Source of the DNA: a virus
Taxonomy: Duplodnaviria > Caudoviricetes
Reading direction: 5' to 3' (one strand)
Length of the DNA stretch: 64,000 nt
Virus record (IMG/VR): IMGVR_UViG_3300045391_004484
Span: 6,554-70,553 of that record
The notes beneath the pieces were generated by a model, which saw only the letters and a program-made list of their open reading frames with translations, ran no database searches and was not told where the DNA came from. This document shows, in pieces, positions 56,049 through 64,000 of this stretch. Both the position numbers and the translations under genes were made by a program. Numbering within the stretch: the stretch's first letter is position 1; the number at the start of each line of letters is the position of its first letter.

Positions 56049-56162
56049 AACCTGTTGCTAGGTTAGGTTAAGAATCCTCATCCCACTGGGGATATCAATT
56101 GAATGGGAACGCTCCGAACTCGGTAATAATAAAGCCTCTACTCTTGGGTAGGGGCTTTATTG
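56049..56162 (+). ncRNA. Candidate small RNA B carrying a solitary CRISPR repeat unit (Racr-like)
   Basis: Promoter, 5' hairpin CTAACCT/AGGTTAG, repeat-like 37-mer, 20-nt segment, terminator AAAGCCTC..GGGGCTTT. Confidence 0.6.
56074..56110 (+). CRISPR. Solitary CRISPR repeat-like unit, cyanobacterial type III-B-like (not an array)
   Basis: ATCCTCATCCCACTGGGGATATCAATTGAATGGGAAC resembles, from memory, cyanobacterial repeats such as GTCCCCACTCGCTGGGGAAATTAATTGAATGGAAAC; stem CCTCA/TGGGG retained. Confidence 0.65.
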
Positions 56163-56204
56163 TTGAGTAGGAATGTTGCGATCGTTGTTATTCCACGATC
56201 GGCA

Positions 56205-56792
56205 ATGAATCTCAATGTTCCGTATTGCGCCCAGAATGATAATGATCCGTGGGTAGATGGAGCCGCCGGAAATACTCAATGTATGGTTACTTCATCGACC
56301 ATGCTGTGCTTAGCCCTCGTTCCCGATTTCGCCAAGAGATCGAAGGCTAATGGATATGATGAGCCTGAATCATACCTCAAGAGCAAGTACTACAACTACT
56401 CAGACGACCGAGGCGACCATGATGCGATGTCTCGGTGCTTAGAGCATGAGTTTGGTATCGTTTCTCAATGGCGAACGAATTTAACATTTGACGATCTCAA
56501 AGCTTCGATCGATGCTCAAATCCCGATGGTCGTAGGCTTTGACTACAAAAGCTCAGGGCACATTGAGATCGCCGTTGGATACGATGATAAATTCGCTTAC
56601 ATGAATGATCCCTATGGCATTCGCGAGGGAACTGCCAACGTCTACGGGATCATTAACCCAGGTTGGGGCGATGAAGATGGCAAGGGCGATCCCTATTCAT
56701 GGAGATCGATGCAGTATATCTGGCTGTGTGGCGGCGGCGGCTGGGGGCGTGTTGTGCTCAGCGTCAATGGCAAATCTACAGGTCTGAAGTAA
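56205..56792 (+). CDS. Peptidase C39-like protein (endolysin or virion peptidoglycan hydrolase)
   Basis: LNVPYCAQNDN, QCMVTS (Cys), GHIEIAVGYD (His), MNDPYG. Confidence 0.8.
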   Translation: MNLNVPYCAQNDNDPWVDGAAGNTQCMVTSSTMLCLALVPDFAKRSKANGYDEPESYLKSKYYNYSDDRGDHDAMSRCLEHEFGIVSQWRTNLTFDDLKASIDAQIPMVVGFDYKSSGHIEIAVGYDDKFAYMNDPYGIREGTANVYGIINPGWGDEDGKGDPYSWRSMQYIWLCGGGGWGRVVLSVNGKSTGLK

Positions 56793-56811
56793 TCCTTGAT
56801 TGATGAAATAA

Positions 56812-56916
56812 AGCAGTCCGACCGACAGCGGGTGAAGGACTGCTATTCAGGGTGCATCTACCTCGCGCCATTGTATGCGAGGTGAGGAACTCTAGCACAG
56901 ATTTTTAGGGCTAGAG
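56812..56916 (+). other. Three consecutive hairpins immediately before the tape measure start
   Basis: AGCAGTCC/GGACTGCT, ACCTCGC/GCGAGGT, CTCTAGC/GCTAGAG. Confidence 0.65.
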
Positions 56917-56917
56917 C

Positions 56918-59900
56918 ATGACTGAGATTGTGGGCAGCTTGGGCATTAAGTTAGAGCTTATTGGACGCGATGAATTAAATCGCGACATCAAGCAACTGCA
57001 ATCTCTCAAGGGCGGGCAAATTGCCCTGCAAGCCACCTTAGATACTAGGGTGCTGAGACAGCAAATTAATAATCTCGCTCAACTCAAGCCCACGATCGCG
57101 GCTCAGATCAGCATTACAAACTTAAATGCAGTTGAGGGGCAACTGAAAACTCTTACCCGAGATCGGCGGGTGCAAGTTGGGGTCAGTGTCAACAGCTCAG
57201 CCCTTGCCCTGCTAGAGTCTCAGTTGAATCGACTGGGCTCTAAGACTGTTAGCGTTAACGTTGCGGTGAATGATGGCGCAATTGATCGCCTCAATGGGAA
57301 GTTAAACGCACTAACAGATCGGATCGTTCGGGTAGGACTAGCGATCGACGATTCAGGGCTAGACAAGTTAGAGAAGCGCCTCGGCGGGCTTGGTGCTAAG
57401 TCGTTTAAGGTTACTGCTCAGGTTGATGATAAGCAGTTAACTGCTCTCAATAAGCACTTAGACCTTAAACAGAAGCACTTTACACAAGTTAACAACTATT
57501 TCAGATCATCGCCGCTCTCGCCACGGGTTGATTTTACAAGTTTAGATGCGCTCGATCGCCGCCTTGACGCCTTTAAGGGTAGGACGATCGATATTAAGGC
57601 AAACCTATCTGCCCTAAAAGAAGAATTATCAAACCTCGATATCACGGTTAAAACGGCAAACGGTACCACGCCCCAAACCGCTGCCCCTAAAATCGATACC
57701 CTTAACCTTGAATCGTCAATCACTAAGGCGCTCGACGGCTCATTCAAGGGCTTTGAGAAGAATTTAGAGGGTGCTTTTAAGAAGGTCGGGAAAGGAAATC
57801 TTTTCAGCGGACTAGGAAATGCACTTACTGCCCCATTCAAACTGGCATCGGGCGCGATCGGTGGGGTGCTCTCAGGCGTCGGCTTAGGGATTGGGCAAGA
57901 GATCAGCAAAGACTTAGGTAAGGGGCTATCTGAGGGAATTGATGCTCAGCTCGCTCCCATTCTTGGCAGTTTCCGGCTTGTGGGTCGAGAATTGGCATCA
58001 ACCCTCACCAAGGAACTGATCGACAGTCTAGGGCAGGATGCAGAGCTAGTTCAAGGCACCATTCAAGACTTAATCGGGAAGGATAAAATCACCGTCGAGG
58101 GTGGGGCGGTTAGATCGAAGCAACGATCGAGGCAGCAGCAAAACACCGTCGAGGCAACTCGGTTTTTTCAAACTGAGGTCGAAAATACTGATGTACGGCA
58201 GATCCGGGCGGAGCAACAGAAGCTAACCCAACAGTTTGCCACTGTTCAACAGTTTCGAGATCGTACCTCACAAAAAACCGAAATCGTAGCAAATCGCCTC
58301 GGAGCGCCCGAGGTTAAAAAGAACATTGAGCAGGCAGCCGCTCAACTCAAAGAGCAACAGCAAACCGCCGCTAGTCTCAGCAAGCAAATTAAATCAGAGA
58401 TTGATGGGCTAACCGAATCACGCCAAGCCCTTGCCCAATTAAAGAAGAGTGGCACAGCGGGCGCGTCTGAAATTGCCGAAGTCGAGGGCAGTATCGCCCA
58501 AAAATCGAGCAAACTATCTCAACTGCAATCTGAACTTAAGGCAGCATCGAGTACTAGCTCTCAAATTGCGAACCGCATCTCTCGCCTAACAGAATCGCTC
58601 TCTGAAATTAACAAAACGGCTGAATCTCGCTTTAAGGATGAGCTTGATCAGATTATCGCGATCGAGGATAAGCTCGCGATCGCTCAGCGCAAACTACAGC
58701 AAAAATTACAGCCCTTCGAGGCAGTCGAAGCCCTCGGCACCATTCGCACGCCTGAGAGTATTGGGGCTGAGATTCAGACTCGAAAGCAGACGCTTGGGGG
58801 CTTGCAGCAGAAACAAGGGGCGCTGAAAGAGGGCAGTAGAGCCGATGCTAAATCGATCGGGCAATTAAGAGCACTAAGAGATCAAGAGCTACAGCAGCCT
58901 GAATCATCGCAAGATGCAGCCAAGATCAAATCAATTGAGGAGCAAATCTTTCGGCTACAACAACGTCAAGCGCAACGCAAGACGCTATATGACGATATCA
59001 GTCAAGAGATCGCTAAGGAAGAAACACAGCTTAAATCTCTTACTGCTCAGGCTGCTCAACCGTTAGCACAAAAAGCGAAATCATCTGCTCTAACCTCCGA
59101 ACTCAATCAGCTTGCCAAGAAAGAGCAGGAAACGAATCAAATTATCCAAGATGCGATCTCATCGGGAGATGATGCTCGGGCGCGGATCTTCTTGCAAGGC
59201 AGAACACAGCTACAAAATCGCCAGCGCGAGATCCGTGAGCAGCTCGCCCTCTTAGGGGTCAATGCTCGTGAGACAAAAGCGCCTGTAGCTAAGCCTACCC
59301 CTGCACAGTCCGACAAATCACGCCCTCTACCTGTTGCTCTCAACCGCATCTTAGAGGAGGTATCGCAAGCGGTAGGCGTGCAGGTGCCCGAGGGCAGAAC
59401 GCCCCGATTAGCGATTTCAGAGAAGATCAAAGGGACGGGGCAATATGACCCCGATCGTAATACCGTCGATGTTAATCCTGATATTGCCAAACAACTGCTC
59501 AAAGGCAATCTCACGGAAGAATTAACGGGTGTATTTACCCATGAGTTTTTCCACGCGTTCCAAAGTTCCTTTGGGCAGATTGATGCATTCTCGCAAGGGG
59601 CGGCGGTTTCAGTTCCAAGGCTTACCAATGAGGAGTTACAGAACGCCCCGATCGTGCGAGGTCGGACACTGGCAGAACGCATCGAAGGATCTACAAAACT
59701 CGCTGAGGAACGAAACCCCAACGCTACAGACCGGGCGGGCAAAGCGGCTCGGCGGCTTGAGGCAGATGCTTATGCCTTCGAGCTACGCAATACCCCTCAG
59801 ATTTATCAAAAAGTAGCCAAAGAAGGCGCGATCGAGAACACGCTACAAACGGCGGGTGTCGGTGGGCAGAAGATTCGAGAAACCTATAAATCCCTGCAAT

Positions 59901-62900
59901 CGGTACTAGTTGAGGTTGGGAATTCGGCAAAGTCTGCCGGATTGAATATCACCGCAGAAGTTGCCAAAGAGGTAGCAGATATCTCGCAAATCGGCGGGCG
60001 GCTCAAACCATTGATCGCTAAAGTTGCCGATCTTGAACTTCTGCCCGTCGAGGAAATTCTACAGCTACAGCAAGAGTTTGAGACTGAAATTGCCGAGATC
60101 AACTCAGCTAAGAATCGCCTGAGAGGGATTTTAGCCAATGCTCAGCAAGATCAAACCATTTCAGCAGCGATCGAGAAACCTTTAGATTCAACGGTTGATC
60201 CGGAGGCGTTGCAAGGGTTCATCGAGCGTAAAATCGCCGCCTCATCTCAAGGGGCTGTTAATCCTAAATATCAGATTGCTGATCCCTTCGAGCCGCCCAA
60301 ATCTTTACAGAAGCGGGCGCAAGAATTGGGGCAGTCAGCAGCCGGGGCAGCGAATAAAGCGAAGAATTTTGTTTTCAACCCCGAGCGAGAGATCACGATC
60401 GATGTTGATAAATTGAGTGGTTTCGCTCAAAAAGCGGGTGGATTGGTTCGCGGGGGCATCGAGACGGGTAAAAATGTCGCTAGTGCTGTGCAGTCTGTTG
60501 CCACCTCTCAACCTGTGCAGGCTGTGCTAGGTGCAAGCGGCGGGGCTGTAAAGGCGCTTGGGGCTGTTGCTAGAACGGGCTATCAACTCGCATCGGGCTT
60601 AGAGTCTGTCGCCCTTGATTTGATCCCATTAGGCAGAACCATTAAGGGCGTCACTAAGCAGGTTGTGCTACCAGCGGCGGGCTTTGCGGCGGCGACTCAC
60701 TTTTTACCGGGTGGGCAGATTGCTGCTGAGGGGCTTAGCAACTTGCTCGGCGGGGTGATCAATCCTCTCACTCAGTCGCTCGCTTCATCTGCCTCAGCCT
60801 CAGCATCGGGGCTAATTGCTCAGGCTATCCCGCAAACTGCAAGCGTGTTTGGGCACGCGGTGCCGAATCTCCTCGCCCCGGCTGCTGCCCCCATCACGAG
60901 CACTGTAACGGGTGCAATTCAAAGCCTCGGGGCATCCGTGGGCGAGATGGCAGTACAAGCGGGTACGGTCATCCTTGGCGGTAAGTTGATTCAGGGCACC
61001 GTAGGCAAGGCAGGAGAAGCGGCATTAAGATCTGCACTGCCTCAAGAATCAAATACTAGAGCACTGCCTGCTGCATCAACTCGTGCTCTACCTCAAGCAA
61101 CGATCGATGTAGAGCCGTCACGAATTGCCCTACCTGCTGCCCGTTCTGCCACGGGTGCGATTCAAGCTGATATTGCCCCATCGTTTGAGGAATTTACACG
61201 CCCTCAGCTATTGGCGGCGACTCGCAAGCTCGGCATTCAGGGCACAAACTCGAAAACCACGAAAGACAATTTGATCGAGCGGTTGAAAGCATTTCGCAAT
61301 CAGCCCCAAGTCGATCAGGTTTTGGCTCAAGTCCAAGCCGAAATTGCTCGCGATGGTTCCCCTGTTGCAGGATTCGACAAAGCCGCTGAGCAAGCGACTC
61401 TCAAGCGCCTTGCTAAAACTGAGAAAGATATTAATAAAAAGCTTTCTCAACTGCAAACAGCAGCAGGAAAGAAACGCGAAAAACTCATTAATGAGATCCT
61501 TTCTGCCTCACAAAATACGATCGGGGAGATTGATCAGCTTAAAGGGCAAAACTTCTCAGGTGAAACCCTACGATCGATTTCAGGCACACAAGGCAGAATC
61601 GAAAACAATCTGCGAAACAATAGCAGCTTAAACGCTGCAAGAGATGAGCGAAACAATGCGATCAAGACCGTCACGATCGAGGCTCAAAACGCTCGTGTTA
61701 GAGGACTTGCGAGAGTTGCGATCGAAGATGCCGAACCCGTAGCAGCTAACCTCGGCACCACACTGAAAGAAGGGTTCCGTAAACTTACAAACTTTGCTGC
61801 AAAGCAGTTTGATGTACAGGCTCAACCGACCATTAAGGGGACGTTGGGCGCGATCGCCAAATCACCCAAGGCAAGAGATTTAGCGACTGATTTAGCGGTG
61901 AATGGGGCGGGCTTTGCTGCCTCTCAGCTTGGCTCACAGTTTGGCATCGTGCCCGAATTAGCGGGCGATTTGGGCGGGGCACTGATTGCTCGGCAGTTGA
62001 TTTCTCGGGGTAGACCAGGCGCGGGTGCTCTCACAGGTGATTTAGCAGGGTTCACGATCGGCAATGGGTTCGCTAATGCTGCCAATGCTGGCTTAGATGC
62101 ACTCTCCGGAGTAGTGCCGGGTGCTGGATTGCTCAGGGCACTGCCGTTTAAGGGCGCGATCGCTGCATCGCTGGCAGTACCGAAGGTTACAAAAGCGGCT
62201 GAGCAGTTCCAACAATCCCCGATCGATGGACTTGCCAGGGCACAAACCCCAACCGGGTTAAATGGGTTAGTTGACAAGTTTAGATCCTTGCTACCGAGCA
62301 ATGAGCGTAAACTCGCCCAAATTCAGCGCAACTATGAGGCAATTTACCGCGAGATTGCAGCAGTATCGGGCGCTGCATTTGACCCCGCCAACATTCCCAA
62401 ACTGTCGATCGATAACAAACGACTTAAACAGCTTGGGGCGCAAGCCTATTTCGAGATTGAGCAGAATCTCATCACCATCGATCGAGAGATTGCTAACGCT
62501 CTCGCCAAGCCTGCAAATGAACTGAGCAAGTACACCGATAAGCTCACAGGCTTGATCCACGAAGGTAGACACAGCATTCAACTCGATGGCGGGCGGCTCA
62601 GCATTGATCAGGCAGCAGCATCGGGTCAGCTTGCGAATGGTGATAAGCTCAGCATTGATCAACGGGCACAGGTTGAAAAATCGGTCGATGTTGCCCGCAA
62701 ACAAGGGGCAAGTGCTCAGCAACTCGAATCGGTTCGTAAGCTCGAAACTGATGCCTACGCTTTCGAGGGCAATGCAGGGCAGATTGTTTCTAAGGCATCG
62801 CGCCCTGATCCACTGAAAGCGGCACGCCTTGAGGCTGAGCTTGCATCAAGAAACATCGGGTCGGGGGCAACAATTCAAGGGCTAACCAACGATCGGGATA

Positions 62901-64000
62901 TTGAGATCGTCGGTCGGGCACAAAGCAATGCTGAGAAGTTTGATCAGAAAGCCGCCCGAATTCAGCGCAGTCAAGATAAGGTATTTGCGAACCAAGTCGA
63001 TCCCCTGCAAGGTAAGGGCACTGATGCAGCATCCCGTCTAAAGGGTGTGGTAGGCAAAGAAGTAGGCGAGTATGCACAGGCAGCAAATCAGAGTTTGCAG
63101 GCTCTAGGCGTCAATTTACCGGGCATTGGAAAAGCGTTATCAGGATTGTTCTCGGGCGGGGCGTCTGAGGGCTTTAGCAAGATCAACGGCGGCTTAAAGT
63201 TCTTGGCGGCAAATGCAGCGATCGCTATTAAGGGATTTTTAGCATTTCAGCTTGTCTCGACCGTTGTTCCTGCCATTCAGCAGTTTGCAACCGAATCAGT
63301 TAATGCAGCGATCAAGCTAGATAACCTCAAAACCGCCCTCAGTTTCGGCTCGGGCGGGGCAAGCAATGCAGTAAAGGATTTAGCATTTGTTCGGGGTGAA
63401 GCGACTCGGCTCGGGGTTCCCTTGGGAGCGCTGCAAGATGGATTTGTCAAGCTCTCGGCGTCTACCAAGGGTACATCAAGCGCCGGACAGACCACGAAAG
63501 ATTTGATTACGGGGTTAGGTCAAGCAGCTACCACGTTAGGTCTGAGTGCTGATGAATCGGGCGGGGCGATTCTTGCCCTGAGTCAAATCGCTTCAAAGGG
63601 CACTGTTCAGGCTGAAGAATTGCGAGGGCAGTTGGGCGAACGCATCCCCGGCGCTTTTGGTATTGCGGCGAGAGCGATGGGCGTTACAGAAGCCCAATTA
63701 AATAAGCTGCTCGAAACCGGATCTGTTACCGCCAACGATTTTCTACCTAAGTTTGCCCGTCAGTTGCAAGTCGAATTTGCAGGTTCGGCACAATCTGCAA
63801 GTAAAAATGTTCAATCATCTCTGAACAATTTAGGTAGTGCATTTCAAAATCTGCAAGAGAATACGGGGCAACTGTTCACCCCAGCAGTAGCAGCGGGCGC
63901 TAATGTGCTTACGACAGCGATCGGGTTGCTTGCAAATAATGTCGATAAATTGCTGCTACTAGCAACAGCGGTGGCTTTCCGGTTCAGTGGCTTAGGCAGC
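56918..64000 (+). CDS. Giant tape measure protein (>2360 aa, open at window end) with two HExxH metallopeptidase-like modules
   Basis: ATG at 56918, same frame read at 59.5, 62.5 and 63.6 kb; tape-measure domain LSQIASKGTVQAEELRGQLGERIPGAF; missing from the ORF track because it has no stop in the window. Confidence 0.9.
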   Translation, partial: MTEIVGSLGIKLELIGRDELNRDIKQLQSLKGGQIALQATLDTRVLRQQINNLAQLKPTIAAQISITNLNAVEGQLKTLTRDRRVQVGVSVNSSALALLESQLNRLGSKTVSVNVAVNDGAIDRLNGKLNALTDRIVRVGLAIDDSGLDKLEKRLGGLGAKSFKVTAQVDDKQLTALNKHLDLKQKHFTQVNNYFRSSPLSPRVDFTSLDALDRRLDAFKGRTIDIKANLSALKEELSNLDITVKTANGTTPQTAAPKIDTLNLESSITKALDGSFKGFEKNLEGAFKKVGKGNLFSGLGNALTAPFKLASGAIGGVLSGVGLGIGQEISKDLGKGLSEGIDAQLAPILGSFRLVGRELASTLTKELIDSLGQDAELVQGTIQDLIGKDKITVEGGAVRSKQRSRQQQNTVEATRFFQTEVENTDVRQIRAEQQKLTQQFATVQQFRDRTSQKTEIVANRLGAPEVKKNIEQAAAQLKEQQQTAASLSKQIKSEIDGLTESRQALAQLKKSGTAGASEIAEVEGSIAQKSSKLSQLQSELKAASSTSSQIANRISRLTESLSEINKTAESRFKDELDQIIAIEDKLAIAQRKLQQKLQPFEAVEALGTIRTPESIGAEIQTRKQTLGGLQQKQGALKEGSRADAKSIGQLRALRDQELQQPESSQDAAKIKSIEEQIFRLQQRQAQRKTLYDDISQEIAKEETQLKSLTAQAAQPLAQKAKSSALTSELNQLAKKEQETNQIIQDAISSGDDARARIFLQGRTQLQNRQREIREQLALLGVNARETKAPVAKPTPAQSDKSRPLPVALNRILEEVSQAVGVQVPEGRTPRLAISEKIKGTGQYDPDRNTVDVNPDIAKQLLKGNLTEELTGVFTHEFFHAFQSSFGQIDAFSQGAAVSVPRLTNEELQNAPIVRGRTLAERIEGSTKLAEERNPNATDRAGKAARRLEADAYAFELRNTPQIYQKVAKEGAIENTLQTAGVGGQKIRETYKSLQSVLVEVGNSAKSAGLNITAEVAKEVADISQIGGRLKPLIAKVADLELLPVEEILQLQQEFETEIAEINSAKNRLRGILANAQQDQTISAAIEKPLDSTVDPEALQGFIERKIAASSQGAVNPKYQIADPFEPPKSLQKRAQELGQSAAGAANKAKNFVFNPEREITIDVDKLSGFAQKAGGLVRGGIETGKNVASAVQSVATSQPVQAVLGASGGAVKALGAVARTGYQLASGLESVALDLIPLGRTIKGVTKQVVLPAAGFAAATHFLPGGQIAAEGLSNLLGGVINPLTQSLASSASASASGLIAQAIPQTASVFGHAVPNLLAPAAAPITSTVTGAIQSLGASVGEMAVQAGTVILGGKLIQGTVGKAGEAALRSALPQESNTRALPAASTRALPQATIDVEPSRIALPAARSATGAIQADIAPSFEEFTRPQLLAATRKLGIQGTNSKTTKDNLIERLKAFRNQPQVDQVLAQVQAEIARDGSPVAGFDKAAEQATLKRLAKTEKDINKKLSQLQTAAGKKREKLINEILSASQNTIGEIDQLKGQNFSGETLRSISGTQGRIENNLRNNSSLNAARDERNNAIKTVTIEAQNARVRGLARVAIEDAEPVAANLGTTLKEGFRKLTNFAAKQFDVQAQPTIKGTLGAIAKSPKARDLATDLAVNGAGFAASQLGSQFGIVPELAGDLGGALIARQLISRGRPGAGALTGDLAGFTIGNGFANAANAGLDALSGVVPGAGLLRALPFKGAIAASLAVPKVTKAAEQFQQSPIDGLARAQTPTGLNGLVDKFRSLLPSNERKLAQIQRNYEAIYREIAAVSGAAFDPANIPKLSIDNKRLKQLGAQAYFEIEQNLITIDREIANALAKPANELSKYTDKLTGLIHEGRHSIQLDGGRLSIDQAAASGQLANGDKLSIDQRAQVEKSVDVARKQGASAQQLESVRKLETDAYAFEGNAGQIVSKASRPDPLKAARLEAELASRNIGSGATIQGLTNDRDIEIVGRAQSNAEKFDQKAARIQRSQDKVFANQVDPLQGKGTDAASRLKGVVGKEVGEYAQAANQSLQALGVNLPGIGKALSGLFSGGASEGFSKINGGLKFLAANAAIAIKGFLAFQLVSTVVPAIQQFATESVNAAIKLDNLKTALSFGSGGASNAVKDLAFVRGEATRLGVPLGALQDGFVKLSASTKGTSSAGQTTKDLITGLGQAATTLGLSADESGGAILALSQIASKGTVQAEELRGQLGERIPGAFGIAARAMGVTEAQLNKLLETGSVTANDFLPKFARQLQVEFAGSAQSASKNVQSSLNNLGSAFQNLQENTGQLFTPAVAAGANVLTTAIGLLANNVDKLLLLATAVAFRFSGLGS

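Larger units (their letters stand above)
1..64000. mobile_element. Temperate siphovirus-type cyanophage / candidate phage-plasmid (incomplete, fills the window)
   Basis: Terminase, portal, capsid, tail tube, chaperone, tape measure and fibre genes, plus repressor, recombinases and plasmid-type replicase; no tail sheath; no host core genes; HIP1-rich. Confidence 0.93.

Noticed and set aside
56074-56185. Conventional CRISPR array at the repeat-like unit
   Set aside because: Only one repeat copy; the region ends in a terminator, and no cas genes are present
57496-63495. Many minus-strand and alternative-frame ORFs in the track
   Set aside because: Shadow ORFs of the single open tape measure frame starting at 56918
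1-64000. tRNA/tmRNA genes, protelomerase or hairpin telomere, tail sheath
   Set aside because: No cloverleaf with a T-loop consensus, no long perfect palindrome or TelN-like ORF, and no sheath gene recognised by eye

Overview
The whole window is one temperate siphovirus-type phage of a HIP1-rich cyanobacterium (CGATCG/GCGATCGC are very frequent); no host housekeeping genes are visible. Order: distal tail/fibre genes (1-8.1 kb); serine resolvase; a leftward membrane/coiled-coil operon ending in an SF2 helicase (10-15.9 kb); RHH+PAS and XRE regulators (16-22.5 kb); a replication module with a plasmid-type DUF3854/CyRepA1 primase-helicase (25.7-28.6 kb); SigF-like sigma factor; three DNA methyltransferases; a Xer-like tyrosine recombinase; packaging/head genes (TerS, TerL, DUF1073 portal, MuF, DUF2213, decoration protein, DUF2184 capsid); tail tube; G/GT chaperone with a -1 slippery site; C39 peptidase; and a >2360-aa tape measure ORF from 56918 that runs off the window end and is absent from the ORF track. 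Both recombinases have phage genes on each side, which suggests a phage-plasmid or non-integrated form. The most notable signal is a small-RNA unit at about 56.0-56.2 kb (promoter, 5' hairpin, terminator) carrying one solitary copy of a cyanobacterial type III-B-like CRISPR repeat, a candidate RNA anti-CRISPR or crRNA mimic. Also notable: a portal-InPase fusion, two zincin HExxH modules in the tape measure protein, a PAS-domain protein next to an RHH regulator, and several putative anti-defence nucleotide enzymes. All family assignments are motif recognition by eye, not database searches.
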